Notes under the pieces: model-generated | Database searches by the model: none | Told to the model about the DNA's origin: nothing | The model's input: only the letters and a program-made list of their open reading frames with translations | Shown here: one piece after another, positions 8,421-16,449 of the stretch | How the letters are laid out: each line of letters starts with the position of its first letter | Numbering within the stretch: the first letter of the stretch is position 1 | Program-made: the position numbers and the translations under genes | DNA from: an uncultured Chloroflexia bacterium | GTDB lineage: Bacteria; Chloroflexota; Ktedonobacteria; Ktedonobacterales; JADMIN01 | Direction: 5' to 3' | DNA: 32,000 bases | Assembly: GCA_963718915.1 (NCBI GenBank) | Contig: CAVRAI010000003.1 | Location: 570,001 to 602,000 of the forward strand

Positions 8421-8543
8421 CCGCGCCTAAGGGCTACGCCGCAAAGGCCGCCTGCGCGGCCTCGAATTGTGGCGATTCTGCTCTCTGGAGCCTGCGCAGG
8501 CAGGCTTTGTGGATGAGCGGAAGCGAGTCCCTTAGCCGCGCGT
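8421..8543. repeat. ~120-bp imperfect palindromic (long hairpin / MITE- or REP-like) element upstream of murC
   Basis: Outer arms are gcgcctaaggg (8423-8433) and cccttagccgcgc (8529-8541). Inner arms are ccgcaaaggccgcctgcgcggc (8439-8460) and gcctgcgcaggcaggctttgtgg (8490-8512), near reverse complements with a few mismatches. The centre is at ~8461-8489. Confidence 0.7.
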
Positions 8544-8589
8544 TCACGCGCTTGGCATCTGGCAATCTAGAGTGGGGAATAATGGCGTG

Positions 8590-10044
8590 ATGAATCCAGG
8601 CGAGTTGTTGAAGCTTTTTCCAGATGGGCTGCGCGGCAAGCGCATTCACGTGGTCGGCGCGGGCGGCAGTGGCGTCTCGTCGGTGCTGTTGCTGGCGCGC
8701 GAGCAGGGCGCGGTGGTCACCGGCTGTGATATCGCCCAGACGACCATGACGCGCGTGCTGGAACAGCAAGGCATCACTATCCAGTCTGGACACGACGTCG
8801 CCCACATTCATGATGTTGATCTGGTGGTGACCAATCCCGCCGTTACCCATCTCCATCCCGACCACATCGAGCTACGGGCCGCCGAGGCGGCGGGCATCCC
8901 GGTGACACAGTGGCAGCCGCTGCTTGGCTATCTGATGCGCCAGACGCCAGGTATCGCGATTGCTGGCGTGCACGGCAAAGGCTCGACAGGGGCGCTGCTG
9001 GGCGCGCTGGCCACCGCCGCTGGCCTCGACCCAACCGTGGAACTGGGCGCGGTCGTGCCTGAGTGGAAGGGCAACGTGCGCATAGGGCACGGCAATCTCT
9101 TCATCAACGAGGCGGATGAGTGGAACTATAACTTTCTCAATTACCATCCGCGCATGACTGTCCTGACCGCCGTGGAGTACGACCACCCGGAGTTCTTTCC
9201 GTCATACGATGTCATCCGCGACGCCTTCGTGCAGTTCCTGCATGGGATGGATACCACTGCCCGCCCCGATGCCTCCTTCGCGCCGATGGTCGTCTATAAC
9301 GACGATATCCCCGGCTGCCGCGATGTAATCGCGCGGCTAAGCGATATGCCGATTGCCACGCGCCCATTTAGCCTGGAGCGGCCCGATGCCGAGGCGGGCG
9401 CGGCGGATATGCGCGTCGATACCGAGACGAGCTTTACGCTGCTGTTGCATGGCGAAGCCCTGGGGCGGGTCACGCTGGCGACTCCCGGCCCCCACAACAT
9501 CGCCAACGCAGTGGCCGCCGCTGCTGCTGCCGATGCGCTGGGTATCGCGCCGGAGGTGATCGTGCGGGCGCTGACGGCCTTCCCCGGCGTGCGCCGCCGC
9601 TTCGAGATCATCGAGGATGGCGACGTGACCTTCATCGACGACTACGCCCACCATCCCCATGCGGTTGCGCTGACGGTGGCCACGGCGCGCAAACGCTTCC
9701 CCGGTCGGCGGCTGATCGCGGTCTTCCAGCCGACGCTCTTCACCCGTCTGCATCGCTTCCTGGAACCGTTCGCCGCCGCTTATGATGAGGCGGACGAGGC
9801 GGTGGTGGTGGAGATTCAGCCCTCACGCGAGCGCGACACCGGCCTGATTCATGGCAATGATCTGGTGAAGGCGATTGCCGCGCGTCCAGCCTGGCAGGGC
9901 CGCGCCTCCTCCATCCACTACGGCGGCAACTTCGACGAGACGGCGGCGCTGCTGCGTGCGATGCGCCAGCCTGGCGATGTTTACGTCATCATGGGGTCCG
10001 GCCCGGTTAACCGCGTGATCGCCCCCGCCCGCCTGCACGGCTAG
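8590..10044 (+). CDS. murC: UDP-N-acetylmuramate--L-alanine ligase
   Basis: GKRIHVVGAGGSGVSSVLLLAREQGAVVTGCD (Rossmann N-domain), IAIAGVHGKGSTGALL (Mur ligase P-loop), LTAVEYDHPEFF and DDYAHHPHAV. Collinear with MurC. An alternative GTG start lies at 8572. Confidence 0.9.
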   Translation: MNPGELLKLFPDGLRGKRIHVVGAGGSGVSSVLLLAREQGAVVTGCDIAQTTMTRVLEQQGITIQSGHDVAHIHDVDLVVTNPAVTHLHPDHIELRAAEAAGIPVTQWQPLLGYLMRQTPGIAIAGVHGKGSTGALLGALATAAGLDPTVELGAVVPEWKGNVRIGHGNLFINEADEWNYNFLNYHPRMTVLTAVEYDHPEFFPSYDVIRDAFVQFLHGMDTTARPDASFAPMVVYNDDIPGCRDVIARLSDMPIATRPFSLERPDAEAGAADMRVDTETSFTLLLHGEALGRVTLATPGPHNIANAVAAAAAADALGIAPEVIVRALTAFPGVRRRFEIIEDGDVTFIDDYAHHPHAVALTVATARKRFPGRRLIAVFQPTLFTRLHRFLEPFAAAYDEADEAVVVEIQPSRERDTGLIHGNDLVKAIAARPAWQGRASSIHYGGNFDETAALLRAMRQPGDVYVIMGSGPVNRVIAPARLHG

Positions 10045-10253
10045 GCGCGCCACCCGTTAATGGGTGATGGGCGCGTCGGACGGTCCTTCGCTCACTCGTC
10101 CCCACGAAGCCAGTCCGCCCTCACTGCTAAAATCGCCATTCATCGGATCGCTTTCGGCGTACGCAAAAATACCACTGTGTCTGTCTGCAAATCTCAGGTA
10201 TACTGCCCCTGGACACAGGCGAACACTGTGACGCACAGAGGAGGGATATCGCG

Positions 10254-10961
10254 ATGAATGGACATGCGCCGGGCCAGCCGCCGTTTCCACAGGCGTGGTG
10301 GGCTTTCGATCTGGGACGCTATCGTGGCTGCGACGGCACGTATTGCCGCTACGAATACGAGAGCCTGCCGCCGATACCGGCGGTGAGTGAGTCGCTCGAC
10401 TGGCTGGAGCCGCTGGATGAGCGCACCGACGCAAAGATGGCGATTCACCGCAATCCACCAGAAGCGCGCGGCGAGGTGGCAAAAATCGCGGAGTCGGCGG
10501 AGCGGCTGGGACTGACGCTGCCCGAATCGTTCATCCGGCTGATGAGCTCGACTGAGCTGCAGGACCGCATTCCCTCGTGTACCGCCTGCTACTTCAATCT
10601 CTCAGATGACATCATGCCTTGCCCCGGCAGTGACGGCGGCTACATCGTCCGCTTCTACTGCGACCAGCAGGACGTCCTGCTCTGGTACCTCTATCTCACG
10701 CCGCAGGGCGCGCAATACGTGCTCGTCACGCCTATCGAACTGGAGGAGATGGCGGCGAATACGCTCACCGACGAGGCTCGGCAGAGCATCCAGCGGAACA
10801 CGTGGGTCTGCGCGCCATCGTTCGCCGCCTTCATCTATCGCTGGTGGCTGGAAAACTCGCTCTGGTTCAAAGTCTCCGAATCAGATGACGAGGATAAGCT
10901 GACCGCAGACGAGCGCGCCTACCTCGCGCACTACAGCGCTGGTGGTGGCGCCAGCCAGTAG
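10254..10961 (+). CDS. hypothetical protein, possible SMI1/KNR4 (SUKH)-like fold
   Basis: ATG at 10254 preceded by GAGGAGGGA. The segment AESAERLGLTLPESFIRLMSS...RFYCDQQDVLLWYLYLTPQGAQYVLV resembles the 'LG..LPedy..fl ... dqqg...wyl' pattern of SMI1/KNR4 proteins. Pattern recognition only. Confidence 0.4.
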   Translation: MNGHAPGQPPFPQAWWAFDLGRYRGCDGTYCRYEYESLPPIPAVSESLDWLEPLDERTDAKMAIHRNPPEARGEVAKIAESAERLGLTLPESFIRLMSSTELQDRIPSCTACYFNLSDDIMPCPGSDGGYIVRFYCDQQDVLLWYLYLTPQGAQYVLVTPIELEEMAANTLTDEARQSIQRNTWVCAPSFAAFIYRWWLENSLWFKVSESDDEDKLTADERAYLAHYSAGGGASQ

Positions 10962-11161
10962 TCGTGCGCCATAACTCCCTATGCGCCTGGGAATATCTAC
11001 CCTTCCTTCTTTGCATTTCCAGTGCCGTCTGGTAGGATAATGCAATGGGGCGAAGCATGCTGGCGGCTCGGGATATATTTGGTAGCGCCGCCTAGGTGTA
11101 CCACCGCGAATCAGGCTGGCCGAGCTTCTTCATCTCTCCATCAGGAGGCTCTAAAGGACTT

Positions 11162-12004
11162 ATGATAAGACTACGATCACGTCTTGTGCTGCTGCTGGGG
11201 TGCCTTGTCGTCCTCGGCGTCATCATTTTGAGCGGCTGCAGCGGTACGGTGTCTACCACGAACCTGTCGCAGATCAAGCCGGTCGCGACGGTTCCCTATC
11301 TGCCGCCGACGGTGGTACCCAATACGCCCGTTGCCACGGCCACAGCCACGGCGACGGCGAAACCGCATCCGGCGAAGACACCTGTTCCATCTGGCCCACC
11401 AGCGCCGATTCCGACCGCGGGGTCATTACCTCCAGGCCCGATGCCCGCTGGTACCGTGCCCAATATTGGCGGCCAGCTCATCCTGGTCAGCCTCTCGCAA
11501 CAATGGCTCTTCGCCTTTCAGGATCATCGGCTGGTCTTCCGCACGGCGGTGACAACGGGCATGCCGCAGTTACCGACGCCAACCGGTACTTTCCATATCC
11601 AGTGGCACGAGCGCAATGTGACGTTCTACTCGCCGTGGCCGCTGGGGTCGCCCTATTATTACTCGCCGGAGCACATCAACTACGCCATGTATTTCCTGTA
11701 CAACGGCTACTACATCCACGACGCGCCCTGGCGACACGTCTTCGGCCCCGGCACGAATTATCCCCATACTGATCCTGACGGCACCCACGAGACGGGCAGC
11801 CATGGCTGTGTGAATGTGCCAACTGGGCCGATGTCATGGCTCTATAACTGGGCGCATGATGGCGCGACGGTCGTCATCTATGGCCATGCCGCCACCGGAC
11901 CCGCCCCGACACCAACGCCGACGAAGACGCCCGCGCCCGCACCGACGGCAACCGATACGCCTGTGCCTCCGCCAGCGCCAACCGACACGCCAACAACGCC
12001 GTAG
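11162..12004 (+). CDS. L,D-transpeptidase (YkuD domain) lipoprotein with PT-rich linkers
   Basis: ATG at 11162 after AGGAGG. The signal peptide carries a lipobox (LGVIILSGC). The YkuD core reads LILVSLSQQWLFAFQDHRLVFRTAVTTGMPQLPTPTGTF...YYIHDAPWR...GSHGCVNVP, with the catalytic HGC motif. Pro/Thr/Ala low-complexity regions lie at both ends. Confidence 0.85.
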   Translation: MIRLRSRLVLLLGCLVVLGVIILSGCSGTVSTTNLSQIKPVATVPYLPPTVVPNTPVATATATATAKPHPAKTPVPSGPPAPIPTAGSLPPGPMPAGTVPNIGGQLILVSLSQQWLFAFQDHRLVFRTAVTTGMPQLPTPTGTFHIQWHERNVTFYSPWPLGSPYYYSPEHINYAMYFLYNGYYIHDAPWRHVFGPGTNYPHTDPDGTHETGSHGCVNVPTGPMSWLYNWAHDGATVVIYGHAATGPAPTPTPTKTPAPAPTATDTPVPPPAPTDTPTTP

Positions 12005-12012
12005 AATCCAGA

Positions 12013-12193
12013 GACCTCACCCCCAGCCCCTCTCCTAGGAGGAGAAGGGAGTGTGCGCGTCGCCAACTGGCGAAATGGTTGCCTATGCCCTCCCCTGGTA
12101 GGGGAGGGTGGCCGAAGGCCGGGTGAGGTTCTTCCCTGGCGGCGGACCTCACCCCCAACCCCTCTCCCACAGGAGAGGGGCGCCAGAGGGGAG
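12013..12193. repeat. cluster of three REP-like hairpin repeats (+,-,+) between convergent genes; probable bidirectional terminator/RNA-stability elements
   Basis: Copy 1 (12013-12053): gacctcacccccagcccctctcctaggaggagaagggagtg. Copy 2 (12088-12129, inverted) has a perfect 9-bp stem ccctcccct/aggggaggg and ends in ccgggtgaggt. Copy 3 (12145-12193): gacctcacccccaacccctctcccacaggagaggggcg, with a 9-bp stem cccctctcc/ggagagggg. ORFs overlapping these repeats (11874..12170 on the minus strand, 12053..12250 on the plus strand) are artefacts. Confidence 0.8.
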
Positions 12194-12220
12194 CCAGAAT
12201 CGCGCCGAGTGGGCTGTGGC

Positions 12221-13162
12221 TCAGTTGAGGCTGGCGCGCACCTCGCGTAGCTCCGCTATGCGCCGACGCAGCCGACCAACCTCCGGCGCGGCGGGGGCGC
12301 GTTCGGCGTAGGTGGCGATATCGGCGGCGGCAAGGAGTGGCTCGCCCAGCGCCAGCCGCAGCAGCCCGCGATCCCGTAGCTCTTCGGGCATATCAGGCCG
12401 CAGCAGCACCAGCCGCTCCACCACTTCGAGCGCGAGCCGACTCTCGCCACGGTGCAGATAGATTACTTTGAGGTTGTTCAGCATGCGGGTGAGGATGGCG
12501 CGAGCGCTCAGGGGAGCGCTCCAGCGCGGATCAAAATAAGGGAGCGCTCCAGTCGCGCCCATCAACTCAATGATGAAATGGCGGCATTCGTCGGCGTCGA
12601 GCAACTTGCCGCCATGAAAGGCATCCAGGTAGAGGTCGCCACCCTCCTCGCGTGGCAGCGGCCACTTGACCATGAAGTGTGACGGCAGCCCAACGCCGCG
12701 TAGCGGAATGCCAAGGCGGCGCGCGACCTCCAGGTAGATGACCGAGAGCGTGATCGGCAGGCCAACGCCACGGTCGAGCGTTTCATGCAAATAGGTGTTG
12801 CGCGGATCGTAATAGTCTTCAGTATTGCCGGATAGCCCCTCGTGATCCGCCAACGTCTCGCGCAGCGTCTCCAGCACGCGAGTCGCCATTGCACGTTCTC
12901 GAAGCGCACGGGAACGTCGCAGCCCCGCCGCAGTTGTGCCAAGCGCCTCACGCACTATCGTTGCCAGCGCATCCAGTCGCCGCTGATAGTGGGCGGCGTT
13001 CAGATCAGCATAGGCGATGTCAGCCATCATCAGCGCGCCCTGCGCCAGATCAAGCTGGGTATCAGGATGGGCGGCAAACGCGGCGAAGCGCAGCAGCGGT
13101 GTGAACGGTGTAGCATCCATGGGCAACTCATCTATCAGCGAAAATGATGGGATGGTTCGCAC
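12221..13162 (-). CDS. SirB1/YchA-like protein (transglutaminase-like N-domain + TPR-like C-domain, UPF0162)
   Basis: YYDPRNTYLHETLDRGVGLPITLSVIYLEVARRLGIPLRGVGLPSHFMVKW...LYLDAFHGG, and a C-terminal RLALEVVERLVLLRPDMPEELRDRGLLRLALGE. This parallels E. coli SirB1 (...PEDPYEIRDRGLIYAQL). The start could be the GTG at 13162 or the ATG at 13120. Confidence 0.7.
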   Translation of the reverse strand: MRTIPSFSLIDELPMDATPFTPLLRFAAFAAHPDTQLDLAQGALMMADIAYADLNAAHYQRRLDALATIVREALGTTAAGLRRSRALRERAMATRVLETLRETLADHEGLSGNTEDYYDPRNTYLHETLDRGVGLPITLSVIYLEVARRLGIPLRGVGLPSHFMVKWPLPREEGGDLYLDAFHGGKLLDADECRHFIIELMGATGALPYFDPRWSAPLSARAILTRMLNNLKVIYLHRGESRLALEVVERLVLLRPDMPEELRDRGLLRLALGEPLLAAADIATYAERAPAAPEVGRLRRRIAELREVRASLN

Positions 13163-13248
13163 TTCCTGTATGGTATACGCTGAAGCGCGCGGGCAGGTAT
13201 GAACTAGGTTACAAATACTGCGGTCGGCTCACCATTGATGCCACTGCT

Positions 13249-14988
13249 TCATCGATGGGTGAGTTGTACGAGCGCGATGACGCAGAAGACGATGGCGAAA
13301 AGGCCGCCCAGCGCCAGCAGCGCGGCATAGATACCACGGGTGCGCGCCATGTAGCGCCGATAATAGGCGTCGGATGCCGTGGCAGGCTCGCGGAGACGCT
13401 GGCGCTCAGTGACGGTAAGCTCTGTCATCTCGGCCAGTCGCGTGGCAAGCGCCTTCTGCTCCAGCGCGAAATGGTCGTTGCGGGCGCGCAGCAGAAACGC
13501 GATGACAAACGCGATGTAGCCGCTATACAGGATGGCCGCCAGCAACGCCAGCAGCGGCGAGATGGCGGGCTGGATCAGGCCAGCGATGACCACTGCCGTC
13601 AGCAACCCCACCGTCCGGTAGACGTTATCCACCACATCGCCTGTGAGATCGCCGACCGCTTTACGCACCGTTTCCGCGTAGTCCGCCACGGCATTCTGCG
13701 CGGTCTGGCGCGCGGCGAAGTAGCGGTCGGTCTGGCCGCGCACGAAAAGCGTAAAGTTGGCTTTGGCCGCCTCCAGCGCATCCACCGCCGCCCGCGCCAC
13801 CTCGGCCAGCGATACCGCGTGACCTGGCGGCAGCTCGCGCGCCAGACACTCACGCGCGATGATGAGCGTGTCGACGGCGCCGCGCCGCGTGGCCCAGTCC
13901 GCCAGTCGCGCCAGCGTCTCTCCCGCAGCCGCCGATGGGAGCGCCTCATCGCCCGTAGTGGGGAGCGTACAGGTCGCGGGACGCACCCCGGCAAACCGCA
14001 GCGCCAGCCCATCCGTCAATCTGCCCTGCACGACGCTGGCGAGCGCGGTCGCCGCCAGCTCCGCCCGTAGGAGCGCCAGCTGCGCCGCTGTTGCCTCCAG
14101 ACCGGGAGCGCGGGCAACCAGCCGCAGCGTCTCCGCCGTCAGAATCTGTGGCGCGTCGGGCCAGCCACCCTCCTCGGCGAGCAAACGCCGTGACGCCTGC
14201 GCGCGGCTGACGAACTGGCGGAACGCGGCGGGTGAGACTTGCAGCCAATCGGGCACGTTGGGGCTCGACGCTCCCACGCATTCGAGCGCGGCGCCCGCCA
14301 GATAGCCTGGTGTGTCGCAGAGCAGCACGCAGGTTCGGCCATCGGCGCGAATCAGCCCCGACTGTTCCAAATAGGGGATCCCGGCGAGGCTGATGAGTTG
14401 ATTCCAGGCGGCGGCGGTATAGAAGACCGCGACCATCGCCGGAGCCGCGACGCCAGGTCGTTGCATCATGATGTCCCGCGCCAGCGTGAGCGCGTGTGTC
14501 TTGCCGAAGGAGAGCCGCGCCTCGACGCTGAGTGCGTCCCCCTGTGTCTCCGCCGCCGATTGCGCCGCCGCCTGAAATGTCCGTAACGCGCCAGCGGGAT
14601 CGCTCCCCGCACGCAGGGAGGCCGCCACGGCGGGCATATCGGGGTCCAGCCCATCCAGCCGCAGATCGAGCGCAAGGTCATCGGCCAGCGTGGCGAACCA
14701 TCGCCCAGCCTCGTCGCTATCACTGTGGACCAGGTGTTCGACAGTCAGCCGGGCAACCACCTCCAGCCGTTCGAGCGCCTCGCCCTCGGCCAGCCGCGCC
14801 TGGGAGATGTTGAACGCCACGCCAATATCGGCGATGACCTCGTAGAGATGCTGCAACTGAGCGAGATGCGAATCAGGATACGGCGCGGGACGCCCGACTG
14901 CGCCATCTGTCGCCACGTCGGTTGTGTCTGGCAGGGCTGGGCGGGTACGCTGGCTCGTGGTCTGGCTGGTGCGGTTCGGTCTGCTCAT
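13249..14988 (-). CDS. hypothetical 579-aa protein: ~430-aa Ala/Leu-rich soluble region of unknown fold plus 3 C-terminal TM helices; translationally coupled to the upstream NA37-like gene
   Basis: ORF 13249..15558 was trimmed to the ATG at 14988-14986. That ATG overlaps the upstream stop (minus strand cgATGAgc) and has GAGGGGG 8-9 nt upstream. The protein starts MSRPNRTSQTTSQR. TM helices: VGLLTAVVIAGLIQPAI, LLALLAAILYSGYIAFVIAFLL and IYAALLALGGLFAIVFCVIALV. I recognise no catalytic or family motif. Confidence 0.65.
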   Translation of the reverse strand: MSRPNRTSQTTSQRTRPALPDTTDVATDGAVGRPAPYPDSHLAQLQHLYEVIADIGVAFNISQARLAEGEALERLEVVARLTVEHLVHSDSDEAGRWFATLADDLALDLRLDGLDPDMPAVAASLRAGSDPAGALRTFQAAAQSAAETQGDALSVEARLSFGKTHALTLARDIMMQRPGVAAPAMVAVFYTAAAWNQLISLAGIPYLEQSGLIRADGRTCVLLCDTPGYLAGAALECVGASSPNVPDWLQVSPAAFRQFVSRAQASRRLLAEEGGWPDAPQILTAETLRLVARAPGLEATAAQLALLRAELAATALASVVQGRLTDGLALRFAGVRPATCTLPTTGDEALPSAAAGETLARLADWATRRGAVDTLIIARECLARELPPGHAVSLAEVARAAVDALEAAKANFTLFVRGQTDRYFAARQTAQNAVADYAETVRKAVGDLTGDVVDNVYRTVGLLTAVVIAGLIQPAISPLLALLAAILYSGYIAFVIAFLLRARNDHFALEQKALATRLAEMTELTVTERQRLREPATASDAYYRRYMARTRGIYAALLALGGLFAIVFCVIALVQLTHR

Positions 14989-16169
14989 CGGCCAGCCCCC
15001 TCTTTGAGCGTCAGTGTCTCGATGGTCAGGCGGATTTTGCCGCCGACGCGCTGGTCCTCCACCCGTGCCATGGCGGCGAAGCGCTCTGCCGGGACAATCA
15101 GCCGGGCGCCGCCGTCCAATTCCAGCGTCACCGTCTGCACGATGGGATCGGCGGTGGGGCGATCCACCGTGAAGTGGGTCTGGTGTGGCTCGAACGCGGC
15201 GTCGAAGATACTCTGTGTGAGTGTGGAAAGCAGATCGGCGGCCAGCGCGCCATTGCCCGGCAACGCGGCCAGCGCGAACGCGGGCAGATCGAGCGTCTCG
15301 TCCGCGAGGGCCGCTCGTCGCGCCTCGTAGACGTGGAGTAGCGTGTGCGGCGAGAGGGAAGCGCCGCGATCCGCCAGCCAGTCGTCGGTCGCGCGGAGAA
15401 AGAGCCGGGTGCGCCGCCGGGCCGACGGCAGAATCTGGGTGGTGAGGAAGCCGCGATAGAAGTAGGCGGCGACGCCCTCGGAGCGGATGTTGGCCTGGGT
15501 GTCGAGCAGAACCAGCGCGAATCCGGCGCCGTCCGCTGAGGGAGTAATCAGCGCGCATTTCTGTTTCTGGCGCACGGTCTCGGGCATCAGGTTATCGGCC
15601 AGCGCGATGCGCACCAGCCGCCGCCCGCGCTCCGTCGAGAAATTGCGCACCAGCCGGGCGTCTGGGTCGAGCTTGAAGAGCGCGATGCACGACATCGGCA
15701 AGCCCGGCGCGGTATAGATGGCGACGACGAAATCGCCCGGGTTGATCTGATTCGGGCGCTGCCGCATCTGCGCGAAGAGACGACGCGCCATCTCGTGCGA
15801 GACCGCGACGAACGCGGATGGCTCGCCAAGTAGTCTGGCGCAGAGGTCAGGCATGGTCGGCGTAGCAGCCTGTTCGGCGAGGAAGCGCGCCTGCCAGTCG
15901 GCGTTTTCGAGCGCCTGGGCAATGTAGTTGGCAAAGAGCGCATGGATGGTCGCATCCAGCGCCAACTCCGCCTCAACCAGCAGCAGGGCGCCTGTGCGGT
16001 TATCCAGATGATGCAGAATCAGCCGCTCGATGGTGATCGCGGTAGCGCGCGTCGGCAGCGCGACGACCGGTGGGGCGGCTGGCTGCGCCACCTCGGCGAT
16101 ATCGGGCGCCCGGAACGCCTGCCCGCGCTCGGCAATGTGCGCCGCGCCAGTTCTGCTGAGTCTGCCCAT
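14985..16169 (-). CDS. NA37 family (YejK/NdpA-like) nucleoid-associated DNA-binding protein homologue, with a ~45-aa N-terminal extension
   Basis: ORF 14985..16475 was trimmed to the ATG at 16169, with GAGGAGGTG 6-8 nt upstream. ITIERLILHHLDNRTG..LLLVE, GDFVVAIYTAPG..MSCIALFKLDP, KQKCALITPSADGAGFALVLLDTQ....VAAYFYRGFLTTQIL, RRRTRLFLRATDDWL and the C-terminal IRLTIETLTLK follow the order and character of E. coli YejK motifs (IALHQL.., GGIVLFCHY..YLLVAVL, YLTFLKG..VADFFMDFLG, TLTIKG) as recalled from memory. Confidence 0.65.
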   Translation of the reverse strand: MGRLSRTGAAHIAERGQAFRAPDIAEVAQPAAPPVVALPTRATAITIERLILHHLDNRTGALLLVEAELALDATIHALFANYIAQALENADWQARFLAEQAATPTMPDLCARLLGEPSAFVAVSHEMARRLFAQMRQRPNQINPGDFVVAIYTAPGLPMSCIALFKLDPDARLVRNFSTERGRRLVRIALADNLMPETVRQKQKCALITPSADGAGFALVLLDTQANIRSEGVAAYFYRGFLTTQILPSARRRTRLFLRATDDWLADRGASLSPHTLLHVYEARRAALADETLDLPAFALAALPGNGALAADLLSTLTQSIFDAAFEPHQTHFTVDRPTADPIVQTVTLELDGGARLIVPAERFAAMARVEDQRVGGKIRLTIETLTLKEGAGR

Positions 16170-16402
16170 CGTCCGCACCTCCTCGGAGACGCCGCCTGTC
16201 TCTCTCAATCCTCTCCATTGTACACCTATCAATTCTCTGGGCGGTTGCCTGATATGGTACTCTAGGGTACCCTTCGCCGCCTGCCGCATCACCAATGCGT
16301 ACTCCAGGTAAGAGCATGAGCGGTGGGATTCTTTTGTGGCTCTCGTTACCTGGTTTTGAGCGTCTCGTTCTCTCCTTGTGAGCGGAGGAAACTCTGCATT
16401 CG

Positions 16403-16422
16403 AGAGATACCCAGAGATACCC
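16403..16422 (+). repeat. direct 10-bp repeat AGAGATACCC x2 (plus a degenerate third copy AGAGGGATAC at 16434-16443) in a low-GC divergent intergenic region
   Basis: Read directly: cgAGAGATACCCAGAGATACCCatggatgtttgAGAGGGATACgcg. Located 28-47 nt upstream of the GTG at 16450. Confidence 0.8.
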
Positions 16423-16449
16423 ATGGATGTTTGAGAGGGATACGCGCAG

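Noticed and set aside
10045-10078. Hairpin after murC (gcgcgccaccc-gttaat-gggtgatgggcgcg) as an intrinsic terminator
   Set aside because: The stem needs a bulge and is not followed by a T tract, so it is too weak to annotate.
11874-12250. ORFs 11874..12170 (minus), 11878..12066 (minus), 12053..12250 (plus) and 12108..12311 (plus)
   Set aside because: They are translations of the REP-like hairpin repeats (GEGLGVRS-type peptides) rather than genes.
13144-14070. 308-aa plus-strand ORF antisense to the membrane-protein gene
   Set aside because: Arg/Gln/Gly-rich low-complexity translation typical of antisense frames in high-GC DNA. The opposite strand has the coherent product with TM helices.
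14989-15558. N-terminal 190 codons of ORF 13249..15558 (769 aa as listed)
   Set aside because: This part overlaps the NA37-like gene in another frame and is Arg/Pro/Gly-rich with no structure. A proper ATG with an SD and ATGA coupling exists at 14988, so the gene was trimmed to 13249..14988.
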